Made by a program: the position numbers and the translations under genes
Part shown: positions 1 through 10,073 of the stretch, one piece after another
How positions within the stretch are numbered: the first letter of the stretch is position 1
Layout: each line of letters starts with the position of its first letter
The notes under the pieces: model-generated
What the model saw: the letters and a program-made list of their open reading frames with translations, nothing else
Databases searched by the model: none
What the model was told of the DNA's origin: nothing
Source: a virus
Taxonomy: Duplodnaviria; Caudoviricetes
Direction: 5' to 3' (one strand)
DNA length: 50,478 nucleotides
IMG/VR virus record: IMGVR_UViG_3300010362_000022
Location: 1-50,478 of that record

Positions 1-235
1 ATGCATAGGGGGGTGTATTTTTTTCGACCCCCCTCCCCCGGTCTTCGGTCTCCCAAATTTTTTTTCTAAATTTTTTTTCATTTTAATTTTTCTTTTAATT
101 TTTTTTCTAAAATTTTTCAATTAATTTTTAAAAACATTTCATGGGCATGGCATAGGTGGTGTTGGTACTCATACATTGAACAATTAATTTGTAACATTGA
201 TCCATGCCTATGCCATGGCGTGCATAGGGCATAGC
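1..235. other. Non-coding left end, probably near a genome terminus
   Basis: AGGGGGGT (7-14)/ACCCCCCT (27-34) inverted repeat, T-tracts at 55-135, 11-bp inverted repeat CATGGCATAGG (146-156)/CCTATGCCATG (207-217). Confidence 0.55.
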
Positions 236-239
236 CTCT

Positions 240-521
240 TTATTGTGGGATGGTCTGAAAAGAATTTCTTGAAACCTTCTTCCACATTCCTGACACATTC
301 TCTCTTGCTATCTCATCAATCGCATCATCAATAGCAACTATCTGATCAGGTTCCGAGAGGTCATGCGAAACTCTTGCAACTCGATCAAGGAAGGACACGG
401 TATTGTAACCCATCATTGTGTCATACGTAAACCATTGATCGAACTCTGTGAATGGATTGAATGGATTGTCAACAGTTGTTAACATGTACTCAGTTGGTTC
501 GATACTATCAGCCATGATCAC
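240..521 (-). CDS. Hypothetical phage protein (93 aa)
   Basis: Abuts the 906-aa gene; LTTVDNPFNPF..FDQW motif typical of the terminal gene in this phage group (from memory). Confidence 0.8.
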   Translation of the reverse strand: MIMADSIEPTEYMLTTVDNPFNPFTEFDQWFTYDTMMGYNTVSFLDRVARVSHDLSEPDQIVAIDDAIDEIARENVSGMWKKVSRNSFQTIPQ

Positions 522-3242
522 CTACTCACTGAGACTAACCTTGAGTGTGGTCAGTGATACGCCTAGGGCATCGGCCACATCCTGTTGCGTATACCCGAGA
601 TCCAACATTGATTGGGCACGGAGTCTCTTAGAGGAGGTCATCTTAGGAGTATGCTTAGGCAAGGCAAGGAACTTAACTGTATCGAGGTCACTATTGTCAA
701 TGATCTCTTTTAGTTTGGTAGTGCTGATAGCGTTTGCCTGAATCGCATTCCATTCGCTTTGGGTAACGCGGATCTTTGTTTTACCAGCCCCTGTTCTACG
801 ACGTGCTTCGTTCAATGCGGAGTTCTTAACCTTTACAATCTCTTCCTTCTCGATGTCTGGATTGGACTGCCGTGTTGCGGAGACCCGGGCGTTTGCGAGG
901 AGCTGGGCCTGTCTCTCAAGGGGGGCGTTCCTTTTCGCCTCGTTTAGTTTTGCATTAAGGCTTTCCACTTCAGAGGCATAGGCTTTTTCAGAGGCGGGGG
1001 ACTTTTTTTCACCCTTAATCCCCAATGCTTCTTTCCTTGCCGTATTGGCCATAGCCTTAAGCTGATTCGAGTGCGTTGCATATAGTACTTCCATTGGGGT
1101 GGGGTCAGCTGAGACCAGGCGGAATGCATCTTCTTCCAATGCCAGCTTCTCGATCTTCTGCTGATAGGGGACAAACTTCCCCGTTTCTACCTTTACCTTC
1201 TTACCTGTAGCCGGATCAGTTACCCTTTTGAAATCCTTGCGCATGCGGCCAGATGGAATGTAAACCTTCCTACCCGTAATCGGATCAACGGGTCCACCCA
1301 ATCGTTGCGGTCTTTCAATTCGCTCCTCGATAAACTTGGTACTCTTCTTCCTACTAACAATCGTCTGCGCACCGGCGGTCTTCTTACCCTGATACTTCTC
1401 TTTCAAAGTAAGAATACCATGATCTTTTTCTGATTGGCGATAATCAAGCCCATGCTTTTCCGCATCGATGACTACCATTGAATGCTTGACGGCACGAGCA
1501 ATCTCATGCGGCTCTGCACCCTTGATCGTCATATCGGTAATAAGATTACTAACCTTGCCCATCTCGATTCCCTTTTGCCGATTGGTCATACGGGGAATCG
1601 GGGAATCCTTGTCGAGCTTATACTGTTGTGGGTTAAAATCCTTCAATTCCTGAAGAGCGGGGGTCTTTTCTACAGTTTTCCTATTATTGGGAATAACAAG
1701 AACCGTATCACCATCAAAATCCGCACCAGACAAATGCTGGGCCACACGATGATTGATACCGATAGCATCCTGAGCATGAGGACCGATAAGTCTACGCGCA
1801 TCCGGATTACGATTGTTTACCTTCAATTCAGGAATCTCAAACGTACCACCATGCGGAAAGCGAATCAACACTACACGCTCACCAGGTCGGAAGCTTGGTG
1901 CATAAACCTCGTCATCCTTCAAGGATGGAATCGGCAGGATGACCTTGGTCGATTGGCGTGGTAGATTGGCCGCCTTGAGATGTACCGATGCTGCATCGGT
2001 CTGATCGGCGAAGCGCTCGAGGAGTTCCTTGCGCACGGTTGAATTCGTGAGGGAAAGAATCTCATCGTATTCCTTCTTGCGCTGTTCGAAAGTCAGATCA
2101 AGCTGCTGCTTGGCCAGCTTAGGATTCTGCTTCGACAGCATCTGCGAAGAAAGAGTTCGATTCCATCTATCCCAGGAACCTTCGACACCCGAGCCTTCTT
2201 TGACACCGACGATGTTAAGTGCCGATGTCACTTTACCGGTGACGGGGTCATTAATCTGACGAACAACAGAACCGAAAGGAAGTTCTGAATTCGGCGTCAA
2301 CTCTTTCATAACATCTTTCTTACGCCCCGTGTTCGATTTGTTGGTGTTGACTACAAGATCCACACCGGCAGGCAAGTCATCATTGTATACGGCCATACCC
2401 TTGACAAAATGTGTGCCATCGACAGCAATACGAACCTGCCCGTAATGATCGGAACCAAGATGCAGGTCCTTCACACCAGGTCGAACATAGATCACGCCGT
2501 CGAGCTCAGCTCCACCAGTCTCGGCATAGTTGACCCGGATTCTCTTCGAGTTGACCGAGATCGGTTTCTGTGCACTGAAATAACTATGTCCATTATCATT
2601 CGAATACTCGGGGATCTGCTGGATCTGAGCTCTGTTCCTCTGTACGTCCTGCAAGGAAATACCAGGCTTGGCTAGTACTTTCATCTCGGTGTACTTGCCG
2701 GTACCGATCTGCTGAATCTTGATATTGTGAACTCCGTATCCCATCTCACGCAAAGAAGCAATCGCCGTGTCCAGACGAGTCCTTGTTACGCCGACCCAGT
2801 TCTCGACTCCCTTGCCGACGTCGATCATGTCCTTCGTGTCGACATGCTCTCTCAACATCTTGGCCGTAGTCTGGATGGCATCAGCCTTTTCCATCTCACC
2901 CGGCTTGAGCAAGGCGCGAACAGAAGATTCATTGAGCCCACCCATACGACGACCAATCTCAGGATTCGACCAGCCCCTTTCCTTTAGCCGCTGAGCAGTG
3001 AGAATCTGCTCCTGCTTCTGCTGAGCCTTGGCAATCGAGCGTGCAGCCGTAAGTTCGTTTCTGGTGATGCCAACACCTTTGGCAATCTCAGCATCCGACA
3101 TTCCCTCTTTACGCAGATTAGAAACGTAATCGAGAAAGCTTTTATTGCGCTTGCTTTGCGTACCACCCGATCCCCACGGATAACGACCAGAGCGGCGAAG
3201 GATTCCGTAATGCGCAAGATGCTGTTCTTCAGTACGAATCAC
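522..3242 (-). CDS. Putative single-chain two-barrel (DPBB) RNA polymerase with HTH domains
   Basis: LIRFPH...LSGADFDGDTV matches the RxP...(N/G)ADFDGD catalytic signature; HTH-like segments at both ends (MSDAEIAKGVG, WSNPEIGRRMG, YTQQDVADALGVS). Confidence 0.75.
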   Translation of the reverse strand: MIRTEEQHLAHYGILRRSGRYPWGSGGTQSKRNKSFLDYVSNLRKEGMSDAEIAKGVGITRNELTAARSIAKAQQKQEQILTAQRLKERGWSNPEIGRRMGGLNESSVRALLKPGEMEKADAIQTTAKMLREHVDTKDMIDVGKGVENWVGVTRTRLDTAIASLREMGYGVHNIKIQQIGTGKYTEMKVLAKPGISLQDVQRNRAQIQQIPEYSNDNGHSYFSAQKPISVNSKRIRVNYAETGGAELDGVIYVRPGVKDLHLGSDHYGQVRIAVDGTHFVKGMAVYNDDLPAGVDLVVNTNKSNTGRKKDVMKELTPNSELPFGSVVRQINDPVTGKVTSALNIVGVKEGSGVEGSWDRWNRTLSSQMLSKQNPKLAKQQLDLTFEQRKKEYDEILSLTNSTVRKELLERFADQTDAASVHLKAANLPRQSTKVILPIPSLKDDEVYAPSFRPGERVVLIRFPHGGTFEIPELKVNNRNPDARRLIGPHAQDAIGINHRVAQHLSGADFDGDTVLVIPNNRKTVEKTPALQELKDFNPQQYKLDKDSPIPRMTNRQKGIEMGKVSNLITDMTIKGAEPHEIARAVKHSMVVIDAEKHGLDYRQSEKDHGILTLKEKYQGKKTAGAQTIVSRKKSTKFIEERIERPQRLGGPVDPITGRKVYIPSGRMRKDFKRVTDPATGKKVKVETGKFVPYQQKIEKLALEEDAFRLVSADPTPMEVLYATHSNQLKAMANTARKEALGIKGEKKSPASEKAYASEVESLNAKLNEAKRNAPLERQAQLLANARVSATRQSNPDIEKEEIVKVKNSALNEARRRTGAGKTKIRVTQSEWNAIQANAISTTKLKEIIDNSDLDTVKFLALPKHTPKMTSSKRLRAQSMLDLGYTQQDVADALGVSLTTLKVSLSE

Positions 3243-3796
3243 GATTCCTCCTCCAGTTTTCGATGGGCAATGACTTTGTCGAATTGCTGAATCTTTTCCA
3301 TGATAAACGCGATATCCTCTGGATCGGCATCGTACACCATCACCTCGTTATCTTGGTAAATGCGCAGCTCAATTTTGATATCAAAAGGATTTTTATCGTA
3401 CTCGAGACAAAATAGCGCAGCATAAACCTCAAGTTGGTGTACGGAACCAGGGAACACTCCTGTTTTCAAATCATGAATTCGCAGAGTATTGTATCGAAAC
3501 GCAATCGTATCCGCGGTACCAAAACAATTCTCCGAATAATAGAGAATTTGTTCACAGTTCATGCGATAGCGAATCGCATCATTGATATACAAGCCGATCG
3601 TTCCAACTAGGTCTGACAGCCGACCTGCGGCGATCTCTCGATGTGCATACTCATGTTGCAACGTACCATAGGCTGCGGCTTGAGCTGCAGTCCAACGTTC
3701 CAATAATCGATCAGGCGTATAATGGATCCAATGATATTGACTAGGACTCAGAAACGCATGTTCTCCTTGGAGGTTTAAATGCTTGTTGAAGCGCAC
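3239..3796 (-). CDS. Cas4-like / PD-(D/E)xK exonuclease
   Basis: LSPS, GT..H, GTAD...IHDLKTG, QLEVYA motifs. Confidence 0.75.
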   Translation of the reverse strand: MRFNKHLNLQGEHAFLSPSQYHWIHYTPDRLLERWTAAQAAAYGTLQHEYAHREIAAGRLSDLVGTIGLYINDAIRYRMNCEQILYYSENCFGTADTIAFRYNTLRIHDLKTGVFPGSVHQLEVYAALFCLEYDKNPFDIKIELRIYQDNEVMVYDADPEDIAFIMEKIQQFDKVIAHRKLEEES

Positions 3797-4058
3797 TCAA
3801 AACCTCCTCTTCGTTTTCGGGATAAATATACGCGGCAAAGGACATGTAATTTAATTGCTCGATGTAATATTTTTGATTAGGTTGTGAATTCGACATCGGC
3901 TCGAGTTTAACCTCTAGCGCAGCCCAATGTTTTCTCCAAAGAAGAATGAGATCTGGAATTCCTTGTCGATATGATGAGTCCTGTTTCAAGATCATACAGC
4001 CTGGAAATATACGTTCAAGTTTCTTGATTAATCTAGCTTGGTACTGATTCTCCGTCAT
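3741..4058 (-). CDS. VRR-NUC domain nuclease
   Basis: E..YQ..L, GIPDL, ALEVK, PNQ..Y motifs. Confidence 0.8.
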   Translation of the reverse strand: MTENQYQARLIKKLERIFPGCMILKQDSSYRQGIPDLILLWRKHWAALEVKLEPMSNSQPNQKYYIEQLNYMSFAAYIYPENEEEVLSALQQAFKPPRRTCVSES

Positions 4059-4246
4059 CCCGACGCTGGCGGAGTAGGCGGAGTCACCCCCGCGGAGCCA
4101 GATTCAGGCTGCTGCTGGATAAAACTCGTTACAACGTCTTTACTTGAATCGCCGTTCAGTCCATCCAAAACCGCCTGAGCAACCTGATCCGGCGTCATAC
4201 TCAAAGTATCGTTAGGACCGAGAGTGATACTGATATTTACTTGCAT
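4055..4246 (-). CDS. Hypothetical protein (63 aa)
   Basis: GGAGGA RBS; ATGA overlap with the downstream gene. Confidence 0.7.
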   Translation of the reverse strand: MQVNISITLGPNDTLSMTPDQVAQAVLDGLNGDSSKDVVTSFIQQQPESGSAGVTPPTPPASG

Positions 4247-4254
4247 TCGTCCTC

Positions 4255-4707
4255 CTAAACTTCGAACGCCTTGGGAGAGACCGCCGAATAGGCACGCTCA
4301 AAATCATCTGGGCTCATAGCAAATACTTCGCCGGTTGTTGAAGTAACAACCACTGATGGTGTCATCACAATCGTTGGACCGTGGGGAGTTTGAATTTCCT
4401 CAGTTCCGTCAACTGGACGTTGCGTATAGCGAATTTCTGGTGGAGTTGGCTCAATTGGAGCAGCTGGATTCGGTTCAGCAAGCGGCGGTGTAGGTTCAAT
4501 CAATTCCGTACCATTTGCGTCAACCCGTGGCGGAGGAATTGCTTCCCAGGCATCATGAGCAGCTTGATATTCGGCTTGTCGTTCAGTATTACGAAGTTCA
4601 ACGTCCTTGACGGCCTGTTCCCATGTGCTTCGCTCATTATTATAATTCGAAAGTTGTGCTTGCCAACTATCAAAATCAGTCCGCGCATAATAAACAAGTT
4701 CGCTCAT
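4255..4707 (-). CDS. Hypothetical protein (coiled coil, Pro-rich linker, small C-terminal domain)
   Basis: AGGAGA RBS; C-terminal GEVFAMSPDDFERAY resembles PGDYG-like phage proteins. Confidence 0.7.
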   Translation of the reverse strand: MSELVYYARTDFDSWQAQLSNYNNERSTWEQAVKDVELRNTERQAEYQAAHDAWEAIPPPRVDANGTELIEPTPPLAEPNPAAPIEPTPPEIRYTQRPVDGTEEIQTPHGPTIVMTPSVVVTSTTGEVFAMSPDDFERAYSAVSPKAFEV

Positions 4708-4715
4708 AATTTCTC

Positions 4716-5420
4716 CTATCCGTCAAGCCGAACAATATAAGGAACAAATACTGTTGGCTGCATCGTCTCATGTGCACCGCCGCCACCTGCATTTTGAATC
4801 GAGATACCAGTAGCAGCTCCAGAAATACCAATACCTGTTGCTCGATAATCGGTTGTCATACTGACCATCCACGGTGAATCACCATATCCATCTGGAGCAC
4901 CAGTACCACCGTGATAGTTAAATCCATAATTTGTCAGCGCGTGAATATGCGTCGGATCCGAAACACCATGACCGTGCGTCGGATCCGAAACACTATGTGC
5001 ATGGGCCGGTGTTTCAGCTAAGGTAACTACATGATATTCTTCACCTGTCTTAGCTGCAACCGTAATTGCGACAGAACGAGTTGTTCGATTTGCTCGTGTA
5101 CCACCAGGCATCTGATCCAATCCGCAAGGAGTTAATCCTCGAAGATCGGGAACTCGAAACATTCCCGCACCCGGATCCGTTTGTCCATGCGCTGTCTTCC
5201 ATTCTGGCGCAATATTATTTGACGCTTCCGGATATGTCGTCGAGGAATAAGCTGTACCATCGGCCCAAACCCATTTACCATATTTGGTCAAATCCGGAAG
5301 AACTTTACCACCCCACAATTTAACCTCACCCGGTATCGATGGTACTTGTGGAGCTGTACCCGCACCAGTGTCCCAAAGTGGTACCCACGGTGTTGTTGCT
5401 GGATCAGGAATACTACTCAT
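4716..5420 (-). CDS. Tail-fibre protein (tail-collar domain and HxH repeats)
   Basis: FRVPDLRG collar motif and HAH/HGH/HIH repeats; close paralog of 37656..38450; start reassigned to MSSIPDP (ATGA overlap). Confidence 0.8.
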   Translation of the reverse strand: MSSIPDPATTPWVPLWDTGAGTAPQVPSIPGEVKLWGGKVLPDLTKYGKWVWADGTAYSSTTYPEASNNIAPEWKTAHGQTDPGAGMFRVPDLRGLTPCGLDQMPGGTRANRTTRSVAITVAAKTGEEYHVVTLAETPAHAHSVSDPTHGHGVSDPTHIHALTNYGFNYHGGTGAPDGYGDSPWMVSMTTDYRATGIGISGAATGISIQNAGGGGAHETMQPTVFVPYIVRLDG

Positions 5421-6283
5421 ATAATCCTCCTCGGCATGATTGACCACGATTCCTGATCATAGTACGCCGGAGGATTAGTCGTGGCAGTACTGAGACCAAT
5501 CAAATCTCCAACCGCAAATGTATATACAAAGGGTGCAATAAATGGAGTTCCCCATAATCCGGTTCCGCCTGAATGAACTGGCATCGGGCCGAAATAACTA
5601 CCTGGACTATTCAAATAAAAATTGAAATGATTATACTGACCTGAACCGCCATTATTCATTGTCCGACCACTAGCAGTACACATATAAATACCGGCTCTTG
5701 GTACACGAATTGTTGTTCCGCCTACAATATCTTGCCAACCGCCGGAAGAAATAGTCACCTGCGTAGTATATGTTCTAAAAATTGGTATACCGCCGATAAC
5801 TTCCCATTTATAAGTATCGGCTATATTCGCGTTATAGCGACAACGCCACGACCACGTCGGTGCATTTGCTACATCTACGAGAACGTGTTCTTGACCATTA
5901 ACAGGATTAACTGGAAATTGTGTTCCATAACTAGGTGGAGTCGCGGCATTTGGAATATCGGCAACTTTCAACGATTGCCAAACTGCTCCACCGCTAACAC
6001 CCTTCATCCATTGTCCTTCAATTACTGGAAGTGGAATACCCGAACCTTGTTCTCCTATATCACCGGGTTTTCCAACGGGCCCATCTCTTTTCGGCCAAGC
6101 TATCGGCGCACTCGTTATACCTTCTTTTGTACAAATATAAAGCACTTTGTCCGAGCCGATAACACAATCACCATCGTTATACACGCGTGACGATTCATAA
6201 ATGCCCCAATATCTTTTATGATCGCTTACATCTGCCCGAACCGGAATCCATTTTGTCGTTGCTGGATCAGGGATAGCGCTCAT
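5417..6283 (-). CDS. Tail-fibre / receptor-binding-like protein
   Basis: MSAIPDPATTKW N-terminus, YNDGD..IGSD..LY.C module, GxY repeats, beta-rich C-terminal head. Confidence 0.7.
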   Translation of the reverse strand: MSAIPDPATTKWIPVRADVSDHKRYWGIYESSRVYNDGDCVIGSDKVLYICTKEGITSAPIAWPKRDGPVGKPGDIGEQGSGIPLPVIEGQWMKGVSGGAVWQSLKVADIPNAATPPSYGTQFPVNPVNGQEHVLVDVANAPTWSWRCRYNANIADTYKWEVIGGIPIFRTYTTQVTISSGGWQDIVGGTTIRVPRAGIYMCTASGRTMNNGGSGQYNHFNFYLNSPGSYFGPMPVHSGGTGLWGTPFIAPFVYTFAVGDLIGLSTATTNPPAYYDQESWSIMPRRII

Positions 6284-7155
6284 GGGATCAACCTAATCGG
6301 CATCGCGGACCAAGCAATTTCACCGACATAACCTGGAGTTCCACTGTTCCAATGAGCAGCAACACCAATTGTCGTTCCCGCAAAGAATGAATTAACAAAT
6401 GGAGCAACAGCCAATACACCCCACCAACCAGAATTAAGACCGACAAGACCTTGAGGACCGAACACGTTACCCTGCGTGTTTGCCCACAACATCATGTAAC
6501 AATGTTGTGCACCACTCCAACCATTGTTACATCGAAACGAAGCCTGAAATACATAATATCCCTGAAGAGGCAATGTGATCGCAGTTCCAACAACGTTGAT
6601 CCAAGCATTCGCTTGATTTACCGTTACTTGTGCACCACTGATTCCAAGTATTGGCGTACCGCCAAGCACTTCCCATTTATATGAATTAGACGTTTGTGCA
6701 TTGTAACGACAATGCCACGTTCGAGTAGGAGCAGTAAGTGAATCAACCAAAATACATTCTTGTCCATCAACGGGACTTGCCGGAAGTGTAGTTACATAAG
6801 CGGGTATAGCAGCAGCTCCTGCTACATCAGCTAATGTAATTGGAGACCAAACAGCAGCACCGCCAACACCTTTGACCCATTGCCCATTTACAACCGGAGT
6901 TGGTATACCCACACCTTGTGCTCCCGTGGGACCTTGTATACCTACCGGAGCATTAGCTCCCGACCATCTCACCGGAGCTTTATTAAGAGTTCCATTTTGC
7001 ACGCACATATACAAAATACCATCGGAACCAATTGCACAATCACCATCATTATACGTTTTGGATGCGCTATATGCACCCCAATAAGTTAGACTATCAACTA
7101 TTTTACCCTGTAATGGGACCCATCTTGTCGTTGCTGGATCGGGGATAGTACTCAT
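6280..7155 (-). CDS. Tail-fibre / receptor-binding-like protein
   Basis: Paralog of 5417..6283; start reassigned to MSTIPDPATTRW (ATGA overlap). Confidence 0.7.
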   Translation of the reverse strand: MSTIPDPATTRWVPLQGKIVDSLTYWGAYSASKTYNDGDCAIGSDGILYMCVQNGTLNKAPVRWSGANAPVGIQGPTGAQGVGIPTPVVNGQWVKGVGGAAVWSPITLADVAGAAAIPAYVTTLPASPVDGQECILVDSLTAPTRTWHCRYNAQTSNSYKWEVLGGTPILGISGAQVTVNQANAWINVVGTAITLPLQGYYVFQASFRCNNGWSGAQHCYMMLWANTQGNVFGPQGLVGLNSGWWGVLAVAPFVNSFFAGTTIGVAAHWNSGTPGYVGEIAWSAMPIRLIP

Positions 7156-7859
7156 GGGTAGAAACACACCCCATCGAGTGAAAACCAGCCACCAGAGGGA
7201 AAATTCAATTGACACTCGCCATTAGCATTGATACGCACCGTTCCAATTCCATCATTTGACAATCCATGACAATGTCGATAAAGATCGGGTCGATAACCGA
7301 CAGGAAGTGTAAAAGCAATTGTACCCGACGTACCACCACTCAACAATCCCGAAAGTACGATCAATCCACTTGCAAGCTTTCGAAAACGGCCACCAGGAAA
7401 ACCACTACCATAATCGCGCCAACTATTTACGTATGTAGTAATGGCTACCCAAGCCGTATCAGCGGTAACAAGACCGTCCGTCTTTGTGGCCGGGAGTTGT
7501 GGAATATCTCCTATCGCCAGCGAAGCCCAAACAGCAACTCCACCCAAACCGTTCAACCATTTACCATTTTGTACCGTTGGAAGTCCGGGACCAGTGGCTC
7601 CGATATCTCCTTTGGGTCCCTGAGGCCCTTGCGGTCCGGGCGGACCTGTCGGACCATAAATTCCAGTCCAAGCAATCGGTGCTGCAGTCACGCCATCAGC
7701 AACACAAAGATAAGCGATTCCATCAGAACCAATTACAACATCGCCATTACTGTATGGCGTTCCACCAACATAAGCACCACGATAATGAAAATCGGATGCG
7801 CCACCATTAAGATCCCAAAGTGGAATCCAATCCGTTGAAGTGGGATTTGGGGTGCTCAT
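7152..7859 (-). CDS. Collagen-repeat tail-fibre-like protein
   Basis: [13 protein letters not shown] start, GPxGP repeats, C-terminal FTLPVGYRP...SLDG siphovirus receptor-binding-type head. Confidence 0.75.
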   Translation of the reverse strand: MSTPNPTSTDWIPLWDLNGGASDFHYRGAYVGGTPYSNGDVVIGSDGIAYLCVADGVTAAPIAWTGIYGPTGPPGPQGPQGPKGDIGATGPGLPTVQNGKWLNGLGGVAVWASLAIGDIPQLPATKTDGLVTADTAWVAITTYVNSWRDYGSGFPGGRFRKLASGLIVLSGLLSGGTSGTIAFTLPVGYRPDLYRHCHGLSNDGIGTVRINANGECQLNFPSGGWFSLDGVCFYP

Positions 7860-9607
7860 GAAACCCTCACCGGTGTAATTACGAGTTGTCCATTGGCAAA
7901 AGTAGTGTTCGGTTGAGGAGCATTTGACATACATTGAACTTTGACTGTCTCACCGGCAATAAGGGTCCTTGGTTCACAAGTAACCAACATTGCACCCCAA
8001 TATGCAGATGAACCAGCACCAGAAGCGCTGTTACCCCCACCAGAAGTTGTAGCAAAAGCGCGTGCATAAGCGGTATAAACAGATGCGGTAGCTGCACATT
8101 GATGGTAAGCGCGCGTATCAACTAGATAAATACCGGCACGGGGAATTATCAATGACGGTGTACCTGGCAAATCAAACCAAACGTTGGCTCCCGGCGTACC
8201 CGTATAGGAACCACCAAATCCTCCATAAGACGCGCCGCCAATAAATTCCCATTTATATGTCGAAGTTGATCCCGCATTGTAACGAAATCGCCATTGATAG
8301 GTCGGATTCGTAAGTGAATCAACGAGAATTGCGTCTTGACCATCCACTGGAGATGCTGGCAAACTTGTACCGTAATTAGGCACACCAGCTTTTGTTGCCA
8401 ATGCAGCAACTAATCCTGTTACATCCGCTTGTGCGATTGCTGCCCATGAACCAACTCCGCTCGCACCTTTGAGAAACTGACCATCTACGGCGCTTTTAAT
8501 ATCACCCGCAACAATCGGTGACCAAACAGGTAAACCGCCTGCCCCTTTGATCCATTGACCATTGGTAACTGGTTGCGGTATCGGACCACCTAAACCCGAA
8601 CCACCAGGCCATACCGTCGGCGCTGCACTAGTTGGGCGCACGCACATATAAGCGACGCCATCTTTGATGACGATATCGCCGTCAGTATACGGAGTATTTG
8701 TAGGAAAATCACCGTTATAAACTAGATCTGCGCCACCAGAAGGATCTTCCCAACTTGGTGGACTGCCATCAACCTTGACGGTTAGTACATCATTCAGATG
8801 ACCTATCGTCGATGGATAACCCGGTAAACCATCAACACCCGTAGGACCCGTAGGACCAGTTGGGCCTTGTGGGCCTGTTTCACCAACAGGTCCTTGCGGA
8901 CCCGTTGGTCCAGGCGGTCCGGCCACACCACGCATTGGTGTTACGATCAATACCTGAGTATTACCCGCGGGAGTAAATGCATCCGGCCCGTCCTCGGCGT
9001 GAGTAATTTCAATTGTCCACCATTCACCATGATCAATAGTATCACCGACAACATAACGAATCCAAGTATCAAATTGATTCTTTTCATATAGATACAAATC
9101 GTCGCCGGGATTAAGAAATACGATTGCCAACGGCGTAGCGCCCTGTTTATCATACTGCGACATGTAAAGTTCAGTCGCCGTACCAACAGGTCCATTCATT
9201 TTGCAGAAACCGGGAGCAGGATCCGTTGCCTCGGTATTGGTCTTCCACTCATACCAATATGAAGCAAGTGAAGCTCCAGGAGCACCCGTCTCACCTTGAG
9301 GTCCTACGGGACCTTCAGCGCCTTGTGGACCTGGAGGTCCAGCTGGGCCTGGATTGCCGATATTACCTGCAGCTAAAACAATCACGTCTAGTGAAGTTTC
9401 AAGCGCAAAAGTTGTATCTGGCGGCTGTTCGATCGTGATCCGAGATTCATTAGCTTCGATTGTTACATCAAGGGGATCAACATCAAACTCAAACGAAACA
9501 AGTGTTTCCACATCTGACTCAAGCTCTACATCAATATCCGCAGGATCCACATCGAAGACAATTGTTTCCTCAGTTACGACTTTGACAATGAGATCATCTA
9601 GTAACAT
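7856..9607 (-). CDS. Long collagen-repeat tail-fibre-like protein
   Basis: Two GPxGP blocks and modules shared with the downstream paralogs; start reassigned to MLLDDL. Confidence 0.75.
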   Translation of the reverse strand: MLLDDLIVKVVTEETIVFDVDPADIDVELESDVETLVSFEFDVDPLDVTIEANESRITIEQPPDTTFALETSLDVIVLAAGNIGNPGPAGPPGPQGAEGPVGPQGETGAPGASLASYWYEWKTNTEATDPAPGFCKMNGPVGTATELYMSQYDKQGATPLAIVFLNPGDDLYLYEKNQFDTWIRYVVGDTIDHGEWWTIEITHAEDGPDAFTPAGNTQVLIVTPMRGVAGPPGPTGPQGPVGETGPQGPTGPTGPTGVDGLPGYPSTIGHLNDVLTVKVDGSPPSWEDPSGGADLVYNGDFPTNTPYTDGDIVIKDGVAYMCVRPTSAAPTVWPGGSGLGGPIPQPVTNGQWIKGAGGLPVWSPIVAGDIKSAVDGQFLKGASGVGSWAAIAQADVTGLVAALATKAGVPNYGTSLPASPVDGQDAILVDSLTNPTYQWRFRYNAGSTSTYKWEFIGGASYGGFGGSYTGTPGANVWFDLPGTPSLIIPRAGIYLVDTRAYHQCAATASVYTAYARAFATTSGGGNSASGAGSSAYWGAMLVTCEPRTLIAGETVKVQCMSNAPQPNTTFANGQLVITPVRVS

Positions 9608-9974
9608 CGGACACGCACTCCACAGATCCTTGACACAAGGTACGCGGCTGTTTATTAGCGGGGGCCCATTGAACATCCCAGACGCCTAGAAATGTGCCCT
9701 GCTTACTAGAAGGATGCGCGGATAGTGTTTGTGTCTGTGCGCCAGTTAAGGAAAGCACGACAATTCCTTGATAAGCGTCAACCATATTGGTAGCAAATTC
9801 GACGATAGCCGGATCCGCTGTCAAACGTTCGAGTCGAACCTGCGCCTTGACGGTGCCGGTGACGTCGACAGGAGCACCGGCCTTGTCCGTACAGATTAGA
9901 CGAAATTCTACACCGTCTCCAGCATACAATGCTAGATTCAAAACTTGAGGCTGAAGATTAATTTCGTTAGCCAT
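9594..9974 (-). CDS. Baseplate/fibre-attachment-like protein (BppU N-terminal-like)
   Basis: LYAGD..F.L..D..G.PVD.TG...QVR...G...LSLT..QT...WDVQ...TL..G pattern; GGAGG RBS. Confidence 0.6.
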   Translation of the reverse strand: MANEINLQPQVLNLALYAGDGVEFRLICTDKAGAPVDVTGTVKAQVRLERLTADPAIVEFATNMVDAYQGIVVLSLTGAQTQTLSAHPSSKQGTFLGVWDVQWAPANKQPRTLCQGSVECVSDVTR

Positions 9975-10040
9975 GCCCCTCCTTTCTCACTTTGCGACCC
10001 AATAAATGCTAAAAAATAAAAGAGATGTTCTATCCCTTCT

Positions 10041-10065
10041 GTTATACACCGCGATATCTATGCTA
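10041..10065 (-). promoter_or_regulatory. Variant copy of the phage promoter-like motif (TAGCA-N14-TATAAC)
   Basis: Same 14-nt spacing as ten other copies; directly followed by a 9-bp hairpin and T-tract. Confidence 0.55.
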
Positions 10066-10073
10066 ACTAATAT

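Noticed and set aside
3239-3796. Cas4-like gene as part of a CRISPR system
   Set aside because: Solo Cas4-like nucleases are common in phages; no array or cas1/cas2
4716-9607. Diversity-generating retroelement or invertible fibre cassette
   Set aside because: No reverse transcriptase or recombinase recognised, no template/variable repeat pair seen, and all genes share one orientation
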